From the NCBI GenBank assembly GCA_049366795.1, contig JBMNCP010000053.1, forward strand, positions 9,675 to 73,674: 64,000 nt of DNA, read 5' to 3'. Below the pieces are notes generated by a model. The model was given only the letters and a program-made list of their open reading frames with translations. It made no database searches and was not told where the DNA came from. The stretch comes from Desulfobacterales bacterium. GTDB taxonomy: Bacteria > Desulfobacterota > Desulfobacteria > Desulfobacterales > UBA5852. Each line of letters begins with the position of its first letter. Positions within the stretch are counted from its first letter, which is position 1. Below, in pieces: positions 20,428-29,041 of this stretch. A program made the position numbers and the translations under genes.

Positions 20428-21543
20428 ATGAGAAAACGTATTTGCTTTATCGGGATGGACAACTACCCGATCATGAACCCCGACTACAAAACCATGTACA
20501 TCGGGGGTGAATCGGTTCAGCAGTCGCTCATCGCCAGGGCTTTTGCGGCGCGCGGTTGGGAAGTGACCATGATCGTCAAGGACCACGGGCAGCCTGACGG
20601 CGAGGTCATCGACGGGGTCAGAATCCTCAAAGCCTATCGGCCAGACGCCGGAATGCCGGTGTTGCGCTTCATCCACCCCAAAGTCACATCGATCAACCGT
20701 TGCCTGGTCCGGGCGAACGCCGACATCTATTACCACTCCTGTGCAGGGTTCATCACCGGCCTGGCAACGAATCACTGCCGTCGGCACGGCAAACGATTGG
20801 TTTTCCGCATCGCTCACGACAGCGACTGCATCCCGGGCAAGCAAATCATTCCCACCTTCCGGGATCGAAAGATTTTTGAATACGGGCTGAGACGTGCCGA
20901 TATGATCTACGCTCAGAGCAGTACCCAGATGAAACTGCTCCGCGAAAATTACCGGCTCCGTTCGGTATTCATGCCAATGGCTGTTGAATTACCGGAAACG
21001 GCTGAATCGGACACAAAAGATATCGACGTCCTGTGGGTGAACAACATTCGCCGATTCAAGCGCCCAGAACTGTTTATAGAACTGTCAAAGCAGCTTCCGA
21101 GCCATAGGTTCGTCATGATCGGAGGGCCAATTTGGGGAATGGAAACATACTACGCGAAGATCGAGAACGAGGCTAATCGAATCGACAACCTCGAATTCAA
21201 GGGTTTCGTTCCGTATGCTTCGGTAAACAGGTATTTCGCCAGAAGCAAAATATTTGTCAATACTTCCGATAGCGAAGGGTTCCCCAATTCATATCTGCAA
21301 GCCTGGATACGAGGTGTGCCTGTCATTTCGTTTTTCGACCCTGACAGGCTGATCACAACCCAAGGATTGGGAGCCGCTACACGTGATCTGCATGAGATGC
21401 GCGTGATGGTGGAACATTTGCTGAATTCGGTAGAGGCGCGATCGAAATTGTCCGAACGCGTTCGAAAATACGCTCTAACGAATCACATCCCGGGCTCTGT
21501 TGCAAAAAAGTACGAAGAATCTTTTTTCGCCATGAATCAGTGA
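20428..21543 (+). CDS. GT4 glycosyltransferase
   Basis: IGGES, KRPE, FVNTSDSEGFPNSYLQAW..GVPVI. Confidence 0.88.
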   Translation: MRKRICFIGMDNYPIMNPDYKTMYIGGESVQQSLIARAFAARGWEVTMIVKDHGQPDGEVIDGVRILKAYRPDAGMPVLRFIHPKVTSINRCLVRANADIYYHSCAGFITGLATNHCRRHGKRLVFRIAHDSDCIPGKQIIPTFRDRKIFEYGLRRADMIYAQSSTQMKLLRENYRLRSVFMPMAVELPETAESDTKDIDVLWVNNIRRFKRPELFIELSKQLPSHRFVMIGGPIWGMETYYAKIENEANRIDNLEFKGFVPYASVNRYFARSKIFVNTSDSEGFPNSYLQAWIRGVPVISFFDPDRLITTQGLGAATRDLHEMRVMVEHLLNSVEARSKLSERVRKYALTNHIPGSVAKKYEESFFAMNQ

Positions 21544-22676
21544 AATTGGATGGATCATTGAAAGCACTTTTCGTGGTACCGTCTCTAAAACGCGCTGGAG
21601 CGGAGAGCCAAGTCGTATCATTGGTGAATGCTTTGGACGCCGAGAACTTCGACCCGCACGTCTTCATTTTTGACAGGCAATTGGATCTCAAGCAGAGCTT
21701 GGACCATTCCAAGGTCCGGCTGCACCAGGCACGCAAGAAATCAAAGATTGATCTCACCCTAGTCCGAACCCTTGCCGACCTGATCGAGAGGGAGAAGATC
21801 GACGTCGTGTACGCGGTCATGCAATACTCCTATCTCTATGCATGGCTCGCTGTTCACCGAGTGCGAAGGAAACCCGGCCTGGTGGCGGCTCTGCATACCA
21901 CGCTCAATCTCGGACGAAAGGAAGAACTGCAGGACAGACTGCTTTACCGCTTCGTCCTGCAAGGAGCCGACAAGCTGATCTTTGTCTGCAATTCTCAAAA
22001 AAATCATTGGCTCCGTCGTTATCCTAAATTGGAGCCACTTGCGGTCACGGTATATAACGGGATCGATTCGACTTATTTCGATCCTGATTTGTATTCCAAT
22101 CCGTCCGGAATTCGACATGAATACGGACTGGCCGATGACGATTTCATCTTCTGTTGCATTGCCGGATTTAGACCGGAGAAAGGGCATAAAATCCTCCTTC
22201 ACGCCTTCTCCATCCTGGGTGGTCGCACAAAATTGATACTTGTCGGTGACGGAGCGCTAAGGACGGAAATTGCAGATGAAATTGAAAGACTCGGCCTGTC
22301 TCGCCGGATTCGATGCACTGGAGTCCTGCAGGACGTGCGACCGATTCTCGCCATATCTCATGCATCGGTTTTGGCCTCAACGGCGGTTGAAACATTTTCC
22401 ATGGCCATGCTTGAGTCCATGTCCATGGGCGTTCCGGTCATCGCAACCAACATCGGGGGATTGAAGGAAGCAATCATTCCAGGAGAAAACGGGATGCTTG
22501 TTCCACCAGGCGATCCAGTGGCGCTTTGCCGGGCGATGCAAGAAGCGGCGGAAAACCGAGAACGTTTTGCCGCCTATGGCATCAGGGCGCGGCAATTGGT
22601 CATTGCGAATTTTTCTGTGAATGCGATGGCAAGAGCAACCGAAACCATTCTCCATGAGGTGGCGTCCAGCAGATGA
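21540..22676 (+). CDS. GT4 glycosyltransferase
   Basis: AGAE, YNGID, EKGH, ETFSMAMLESMSMGVPVIATNIGG. Confidence 0.9.
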   Translation: MKLDGSLKALFVVPSLKRAGAESQVVSLVNALDAENFDPHVFIFDRQLDLKQSLDHSKVRLHQARKKSKIDLTLVRTLADLIEREKIDVVYAVMQYSYLYAWLAVHRVRRKPGLVAALHTTLNLGRKEELQDRLLYRFVLQGADKLIFVCNSQKNHWLRRYPKLEPLAVTVYNGIDSTYFDPDLYSNPSGIRHEYGLADDDFIFCCIAGFRPEKGHKILLHAFSILGGRTKLILVGDGALRTEIADEIERLGLSRRIRCTGVLQDVRPILAISHASVLASTAVETFSMAMLESMSMGVPVIATNIGGLKEAIIPGENGMLVPPGDPVALCRAMQEAAENRERFAAYGIRARQLVIANFSVNAMARATETILHEVASSR

Positions 22677-23578
22677 AAACCCGGAGTAATTTTCCAATTT
22701 TTTTTATTGGTATGCCACGCAGCGGCACGACAATCGTTTTCGAGGCTTTCGCTCGACATCCGGACTTGGGTTGGCTAACGAACTATTCAGATGCTCATCC
22801 TAATTTGGCCGCTCTGAATGCCATACGCTGGTTACAGGAAAATCGTCTCCTAAAAATCGAAGGAAAAAAAACGCCTCGAATTCATAAAATTGGAAACCGA
22901 TTTTTAATCAGACCCGACGAAGCCTATGGTTTTTGGGAGACACACGTTGGCAGAGATTTTTCCTTCGACTTCATGGCCGGACACCAGGCTGACCAGGAAA
23001 CAGCCGCGCGCGTACGCACGGCAATTTTGGACATTGTCCGATATCAGGGTCGAAGTAGATTTTCGACCAAACTGACCGGGCCGCCCCGAATTTCATTTTT
23101 GACGAGCATTTTTCCGGATGCCCGATTCGTCCACGTGGTTCGAGATGGAAGAGCGGTGACGCACTCCCTGCTGAAGGTTCCTTTCTGGAAGCAAAAGGGA
23201 GGTTTCGATGGGCCTTTCTGGAAAGGCCTTCCTCATGAATATGAACAGATCTGGGAAAAGGACAGGGATCCCGGCATCATTACAGCTCTGCAATGGCGTT
23301 ATGTGCTTGAACTCACGGACAAGGAGCGCAAGGGCATCTGCAGCAGCCAGTACATGGAGGTCAAATACGAAGATTTTGTTGAGAAACCGCACGATAGTCT
23401 GAACAGGCTGTTCAGATTCTGCGTACTGAAAAATTCAGCCAATCCTCATCATTACATCGACAGTACAAGAAAACTCGAGAACATGAACTACAAGTATCGC
23501 ACTGATTGGAGCGTCGAGTACATCAGGAAACTCACCGATTGTATGGAACCGATCCTGTCCACGCGCGGCTATTCGTGA
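22673..23578 (+). CDS. Sulfotransferase
   Basis: GMPRSGTT, FPDARFVHVVRDGRAV..S, VKYEDFV. Confidence 0.88.
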   Translation: MKTRSNFPIFFIGMPRSGTTIVFEAFARHPDLGWLTNYSDAHPNLAALNAIRWLQENRLLKIEGKKTPRIHKIGNRFLIRPDEAYGFWETHVGRDFSFDFMAGHQADQETAARVRTAILDIVRYQGRSRFSTKLTGPPRISFLTSIFPDARFVHVVRDGRAVTHSLLKVPFWKQKGGFDGPFWKGLPHEYEQIWEKDRDPGIITALQWRYVLELTDKERKGICSSQYMEVKYEDFVEKPHDSLNRLFRFCVLKNSANPHHYIDSTRKLENMNYKYRTDWSVEYIRKLTDCMEPILSTRGYS

Positions 23579-23894
23579 ACGCTACGAAGCAAGAGAACAC
23601 CAGTGGTACCGAATTATATTGTTCTCACACTTCAATAGTTATGCAAAGTGTGCAGTTTCATCCATATCTTGTAAACCAAATGGATAAAATCATACCTCAA
23701 CCGGATGTTCCCGATTAGACACCGGCTTATCCGCGATGCCCTCCCTTTAAAAAATATTTTCCGTAGTTTTTCATCTATCTCTCGATACTGAACCCATTAC
23801 AGATCCGACATCATCTTGAATCAAGGCAACGAAGTTTTTGCAACAATGCGCAATACTTCCTTTCATGGATCCAAACATGCCTCTGGAACGAGGA

Positions 23895-23910
23895 TGGCAC
23901 CAGGTTTGCT
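23895..23910 (+). promoter_or_regulatory. Sigma54 (-24/-12) promoter of the hydrogenase operon
   Basis: TGGCAC-CAGGT-TTGCT, an exact TGGCAC-N5-TTGC(A/T) match about 65 bp upstream of the start. Confidence 0.8.
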
Positions 23911-23973
23911 TCAAACCGTCGTCCAACGGAAACAACGACCGTTTTCATGAAACACAGAGTGAACGGAGAAGGG

Positions 23974-25209
23974 ATGAAATCGATGATGCAAATCAATCGG
24001 CGAAAATTCTTGAAGTACTGTATCGGCTCGGCCGCATCGCTGGGGCTTCCCCTGTCGGTGGTCGGCAAACTTGAAAGTGCCCTGGCCGCCGACGGCGCAG
24101 GATTGCCGACGGTGGTGTGGCTGGCGGCCTCCAACTGCACGGGATGCACCGTCTCCCTGGCCAACCGCTTCGACGGCGAAGGGCCCAGGGATATCGCCGA
24201 TCTTCTGACCGGCACCATCAACCTGGCCTACCATCCGAATCTCATGGGGGCGGCGGGCGACCTGGCGGTGCAACAGCTTCGGGACGTCACCGCCGGCGCC
24301 TTCATCCTGGTGGTCGAAGGAGGAATCCCCACGGCATTCGACGGCTATGCCTGCATGCTGTGGACGGCAAACGGGCATGACGTGACGGCGAAGGCCGCGG
24401 TGCAGGAACTTTCCCGGAAGGCTGCCGGGGTCCTGTGCGTCGGCACCTGCTCCAGCTACGGAGGAATGCCGTCCGCCAGTCCGAACCCTACGGGAATCGT
24501 CAGCGTGTCGGAGCTGACCGGGCTTCGTACCGTGAACATTCCGGGATGCCCGACCCATCCGGACTGGATCGTCTGGACGGTTGCGAGCCTCCTGGCCGGC
24601 GAAATGCCCGACCTCGACGAAGCATCGCGTCCCCGGGCGCTGTTCGACCGGAAGATCCACGATGTCTGTTTCCGCAAAGGCCGGGGAGAGGCCAAGCAGT
24701 TCGGAGACCCGGTCAGATGTCTGAAGGAACTCGGCTGCAAGGGGCCGAAGACCAAGGCCGACTGTCCCGCCCGGAAGTGGAACAGCGGCAGCAACTGGTG
24801 CCTGGGCGCCGGCTCTATCTGTATCGGGTGCACCGAATCGAATTTTCCGGACGAATTCTCGCCGTTTTACAAAGTCGAATATCCCTACCATGTCTATGAG
24901 AAGCAGAGCGAGCCGCCCGGAGGGGATCCCCCGGATGAGGAGCCGCCCGTGCAGGACCCTGTTTCCCGGCTTTCGATTCGAAGCGCCGAGTGGCGGCGGA
25001 AGAACGATGAGCTCCGGGTGGAAGGCGACAGCGACGCCGGCGCGCTGGTCACCGTCAGCAACGCGGAGACCGGAATCGTCCACGGGGTCGTTTCGGCTGA
25101 GAACGACGGGCGGTGGCGTGTGCGGGTCAGGAACGTCAAACCGGCCCCGTCCAGGATCCGGGCCACCTCGGGAAAGCTCAGCCGGGAGAGCGATGTCACA
25201 CGCAGGTAG
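23974..25209 (+). CDS. Tat-exported [NiFe]-hydrogenase small subunit with extra C-terminal beta-rich domain
   Basis: NRRKFLK Tat motif; CTGC, GTCSSYGG, PGCP, HDVC, CLKELGCKGP, DCP, WCLGAGSICIGC; then a Pro/acidic linker and ~80 aa extra domain; no TM anchor. Confidence 0.92.
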   Translation: MKSMMQINRRKFLKYCIGSAASLGLPLSVVGKLESALAADGAGLPTVVWLAASNCTGCTVSLANRFDGEGPRDIADLLTGTINLAYHPNLMGAAGDLAVQQLRDVTAGAFILVVEGGIPTAFDGYACMLWTANGHDVTAKAAVQELSRKAAGVLCVGTCSSYGGMPSASPNPTGIVSVSELTGLRTVNIPGCPTHPDWIVWTVASLLAGEMPDLDEASRPRALFDRKIHDVCFRKGRGEAKQFGDPVRCLKELGCKGPKTKADCPARKWNSGSNWCLGAGSICIGCTESNFPDEFSPFYKVEYPYHVYEKQSEPPGGDPPDEEPPVQDPVSRLSIRSAEWRRKNDELRVEGDSDAGALVTVSNAETGIVHGVVSAENDGRWRVRVRNVKPAPSRIRATSGKLSRESDVTRR

Positions 25210-25343
25210 GATGACATGATCGATTAGCGTGATTCTCCGGTTTGAACCCGGGATCCGAAAAACATCCGGGGCCGCTGCCGAACCCTGCCTAAACGTCGTT
25301 CCACCGCGGTTTCCCGTCGAGAGCATCTTGAAAGGAATTGAGC

Positions 25344-26777
25344 ATGAAAACCGTTAAGATCATGGATCCGGTAACCCGAATCGAGGGGCACCTGAAGGTT
25401 GAAGTCACCATCGATTCGATCAACGGCGTCCAACAGGTGGTGGATGCCCATTGCACCGGCACCCTGTTCAGAGGCTTCGAAACCCTCTTGAAGGGCCGCA
25501 AGCCGATCGATGCCACCGTCATCACCCAGCGGATTTGCGGCGTCTGCCCGATATCCCACGGACAGACCTCGGTGCTGGCCCTGGAAAGCGTGTCGGAGTG
25601 GAAAGCTCCCGCCGGCGCCCGACTGCTTCGCAACCTGACCCTGGGCGCGAATTTTCTCCAGTCCCACATTCTGCACTTCTATCTGCTGGCAGCCCTCGAT
25701 TATGCCGAAGGTCCCGCGGCCTCGCCATGGGCTCCGGCATGGAACGTGGACATGAGACCGGGCGCCGGGTCCGCGATGGAGCACCTGGCGAACGCCATCG
25801 AGGCGCGCCGGCGTGCCCACGATCTCGGTGCCGCGTTGGGGGGGCGCATGCCGACCTCCCACGCATTCGTGCCGGGCGGATTCAGCCAGATGCCGTCCGA
25901 CGATCAGATCCGGACGGCAAAAGCGCATCTGGAATGGCTCCTGGGATTTATCCGCAACACCTACATCCCGGATGTGGAGACGGTTGCCCACATTTATACA
26001 GACTATGGAAGCGTCGGCCGGGGATGCGGCAACCTGTTCGCCTTCGGCGTATTCGAAATGGACGATGATTACGCCACCAGGCTTTTCGAGCCCGGCTACG
26101 TCCAGAATGGCGGCAGCGTGGTCCGCTCCTCCATTCAGACCCGGTCGATTACGGAGGCCGTCAAGCACTCCTGGTACCAGGACGAAACCGGCGGCCTCAC
26201 ACCGGATTGGGGCGAAACCCGGCCCCTGTACCCCAAACCCGGCGCCTATTCCTGGCTCAAGGCGCCCCGCCTCTTCGACCAGCCTTTCGAGGCCGGCCCT
26301 CTCGCACGCATGCGGGTCAACGGCGACTACACCGGCGGCATTTCCGTCATGGACCGCCACCTTGCAAGGGCGTACGAGACCCTGAAAATCGCCGAGGCCA
26401 TGTCCGCCTGGTTCTTCGAACTGGGCGGAAGTGCCTACGACACCGCCTATGAACAGTATGCGGGGGTCGGGGTGGGCCTCTCGGAGGCGCCGCGCGGCGC
26501 CCTCGGCCACTGGGTCGAAATCCGCGAAAAGGAGATCGCCAACTACCAGATCATCACGCCTACCTGCTGGAACGCCTCTCCGCGGGACGACAAGGATGTT
26601 CCCGGCCCCATGGAACAGGCGCTGATCGGGACTCCGATCGAAGACCGGGACCAGCCGCTCGAAGTCCTCAGGGTGATCCACTCCTTCGACCCGTGCCTGT
26701 CGTGCGCCGTGCACATGATTCGCCCGGATCGGAAGCCCGTGGTGGTCCACGGCGGAGCCGGCCGATGCACACCCTGA
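25344..26777 (+). CDS. [NiFe]-hydrogenase large subunit (group 1, 1a-like)
   Basis: DPVTRIEGH, L1 QRICGVCPISH, EAPRGALGHW, PTCWN, L2 SFDPCLSCAVH, then a cleavable C-terminal tail. Confidence 0.93.
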   Translation: MKTVKIMDPVTRIEGHLKVEVTIDSINGVQQVVDAHCTGTLFRGFETLLKGRKPIDATVITQRICGVCPISHGQTSVLALESVSEWKAPAGARLLRNLTLGANFLQSHILHFYLLAALDYAEGPAASPWAPAWNVDMRPGAGSAMEHLANAIEARRRAHDLGAALGGRMPTSHAFVPGGFSQMPSDDQIRTAKAHLEWLLGFIRNTYIPDVETVAHIYTDYGSVGRGCGNLFAFGVFEMDDDYATRLFEPGYVQNGGSVVRSSIQTRSITEAVKHSWYQDETGGLTPDWGETRPLYPKPGAYSWLKAPRLFDQPFEAGPLARMRVNGDYTGGISVMDRHLARAYETLKIAEAMSAWFFELGGSAYDTAYEQYAGVGVGLSEAPRGALGHWVEIREKEIANYQIITPTCWNASPRDDKDVPGPMEQALIGTPIEDRDQPLEVLRVIHSFDPCLSCAVHMIRPDRKPVVVHGGAGRCTP

Positions 26778-27226
26778 TCATCGGGCTGGGCAACGAACTC
26801 CTGGGAGACGAGGGCGTGGGCGTCCACGCGGTCCGCGCCCTCGAACCCGGCTCGCTTCCGGCCGGGACCGCGGTTCTCGAGGTGGGAACGGCCATCCTCG
26901 ACGCCGTGGACGCCCTGACCGCACCGGAACGCATCATCGTCATCGATGCCATGAAAGCCGGAGGGCGGTCCGGGACCGTCTATCGGATACCGCTTTCCGA
27001 CTGCGGCGGGCAACCCTGCATCGCGTCCATGCACGGGTTCGACATCTTCCGGGTCCTGGCCCTTGCCGGAAGAACCGACATTCCGGAGATCATCGTCTTC
27101 GGCGTGGAACCGCATTCCATCGCTTGGTCGATGGCCCTTTCCCATCAGGTTCAGGAAGCCATTCCGCAGCTGCTGGAGGCCGTCCGGTCGGAAACCGTGG
27201 AGTCGATCCAAATGTCTATGACGTAG
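26765..27226 (+). CDS. Hydrogenase maturation protease (HyaD/HupD family)
   Basis: IIGLGNELLGDEGVG, VIDA, SMHG, FGVEP; start reset to ATG 26765. Confidence 0.9.
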   Translation: MHTLIIGLGNELLGDEGVGVHAVRALEPGSLPAGTAVLEVGTAILDAVDALTAPERIIVIDAMKAGGRSGTVYRIPLSDCGGQPCIASMHGFDIFRVLALAGRTDIPEIIVFGVEPHSIAWSMALSHQVQEAIPQLLEAVRSETVESIQMSMT

Positions 27227-27271
27227 GGAGTGGGTGAAACTCGGATGAGCTGTCGGGTGTGAGCTTTCCGG

Positions 27272-27598
27272 TCAATGGCTGTGGCGGCAGGCCGGCGAAT
27301 CCATGCTGAAAAGCACCGCCAGATTCATGAGTTCGGACCTGGATTCGGTGTCATTCTGGAAATGATGCAGAATTTCCCTCTTCAGCGCGTCGTTGGCCTG
27401 GATCGAGTAGCGGTTCTTCTCCAGGTCGAGCAGAACCGCTTCATCGGCCCCGGAAAGCTTGTCGCGTAGGATTCGCCATGCTTTCTCCCCCATCTTCGAG
27501 GACCGGCTTGATTCGGCGTCCGGAGCAACATCCTTCCTTCCGAACAAATACTGCTTCGCCAGATAGACGATGATGTCGGCCGCTGGATCGAGGATCAT
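27272..27598 (-). CDS. Hypothetical helical protein
   Basis: 108-aa ORF with GGAAGG RBS filling an intergenic gap; amphipathic-helix pattern. Confidence 0.55.
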   Translation of the reverse strand: MILDPAADIIVYLAKQYLFGRKDVAPDAESSRSSKMGEKAWRILRDKLSGADEAVLLDLEKNRYSIQANDALKREILHHFQNDTESRSELMNLAVLFSMDSPACRHSH

Positions 27599-27870
27599 GT
27601 GAGCCTTCCCATCTCAAAAGGTTGATGATGGATACCCCTGCTTCTGCCGAGGAGGCATTGTGTGGGCGACCGCCTTGTCCGCGTCCGATGCGTGCGGAAA
27701 GCACGGATCGAGTCCGCCGAGCTTGCCGGGAGGAGGTCCAAGGACGGGCAGCCCCTGCCGTCATTCAGTGATAGTGTCTTGATATCAACTCAGGTGGGAA
27801 TCGCAACCTGGAAAGAATAGGGCTTGATTGGGGTAGATTTTACCATATTATGGGTTTGCTGTCGCAAAGG

Positions 27871-28911
27871 CTAACCCTGACGTCCATAATAGCCATAATA
27901 GCGGTCCGTAGAGGTCGAATACTTTCGGCCGTTGATGACAAAGCCCAGGAATTTGTTCCTGGGGATGAGCTCGATGGAGCGTTCGACCTCGGCGATGGTG
28001 GTTATTCCCTCCCGCACCACCATGACGATACCGTCCACATTGGGAGCGAAGGCCATGGCATCCGTGGCTTCGAGCAGGGGCGGAAGATCGAAGATAATGA
28101 AACGCTCCTCGTAGCGGCTTTTCATATCGCGAACCAGGTCGGCCATGCGCCTGGACTCCAGCAATTCCGTGCTGTCCTGGATGGTTCGTCCCCCGGATAT
28201 GATGGTGAGCTTCTCGATGCCGGGCCACACGATAAGTTCGTTCATGGGCTTGTCGAACAGAAGAAATTCGACAAGCCCCGCCTCGCTCTCATAACCCAGG
28301 ATTTTGTGGATGGACTGCTTTTTCAGGTCGCAATCCACGAGAATGGCGGTGTGATTGTATTCCCGGGCAAAGGTCAGGGCCAGGTTGACGGCCGTCGTTG
28401 TCTTCCCCTCTCCGGAGCGTGGACTGGTGACCATGAGCGTGCTCCAGCCCCGGTCCCGCATGGCGTGAAGGATCTGGGTGCGCAGCATCCGGAAATGCTC
28501 CGCTTCCTGCCGCTCTGAAAACATGCAGATACAGCGATTGTTCTCGAGAATGGACGGGTCGAGCACTACCTTCCGGGATGTGCCGTAATCGGGCGAGAAC
28601 CAGCCGGCATTTTTCCCGGCCGGCATGTTCCCGGACCCTTGAACGCCTTTCGAAGGAACGCCCTCATCCGGTCTTTTCCTCAGCGGGGCTGCCGGGGTTC
28701 GATCCGGCCTGGAACCCGCAGGAGGCGACGACGATGCGCCGGTTTCACGACGGCCGGGCGCATGTGCTGAAGCCGCGAATGCATTCCCTTCCCCGCCTTG
28801 TTTTTTCATATCCCCTGTCATCCTCGAAATTTTGTCCGGTGTCTTGTTCAACGTATCATCCTCTGGTGGGTCCTGTGGGGTTGCTTCGGGGTATCGTAAC
28901 GTTTTCGTCAA
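27871..28911 (-). CDS. BY-kinase (CpsD/CapB, Wzc-type tyrosine kinase); start uncertain
   Basis: EHFRMLRT, Walker A SPRSGEGKTT, LVDCDL, IFDLPP, C-terminal Tyr cluster RYYGYYG. Confidence 0.88.
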   Translation of the reverse strand: MTKTLRYPEATPQDPPEDDTLNKTPDKISRMTGDMKKQGGEGNAFAASAHAPGRRETGASSSPPAGSRPDRTPAAPLRKRPDEGVPSKGVQGSGNMPAGKNAGWFSPDYGTSRKVVLDPSILENNRCICMFSERQEAEHFRMLRTQILHAMRDRGWSTLMVTSPRSGEGKTTTAVNLALTFAREYNHTAILVDCDLKKQSIHKILGYESEAGLVEFLLFDKPMNELIVWPGIEKLTIISGGRTIQDSTELLESRRMADLVRDMKSRYEERFIIFDLPPLLEATDAMAFAPNVDGIVMVVREGITTIAEVERSIELIPRNKFLGFVINGRKYSTSTDRYYGYYGRQG

Positions 28912-29041
28912 ATTTCAGAGGGCTGCCCGAAGCCCGCTGCCGCCGAGTATCCCGGCCCCGCCTCGGGTTCGGCGCGGTCTTCGTTCAAGTCTCTCGGCTG
29001 CTGCGGCGAATGCATCTGCCGGTGTTCGGGCGGCAAACCCT

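Noticed and set aside
26688-26714. Possible [NiFeSe] hydrogenase (selenocysteine)
   Set aside because: The L2 motif is encoded GAC CCG TGC CTG TCG TGC, so Cys with no in-frame TGA.
27779-27788. TTGATATCAA palindrome as an FNR box
   Set aside because: It lacks the 4-nt spacer of TTGAT-N4-ATCAA.
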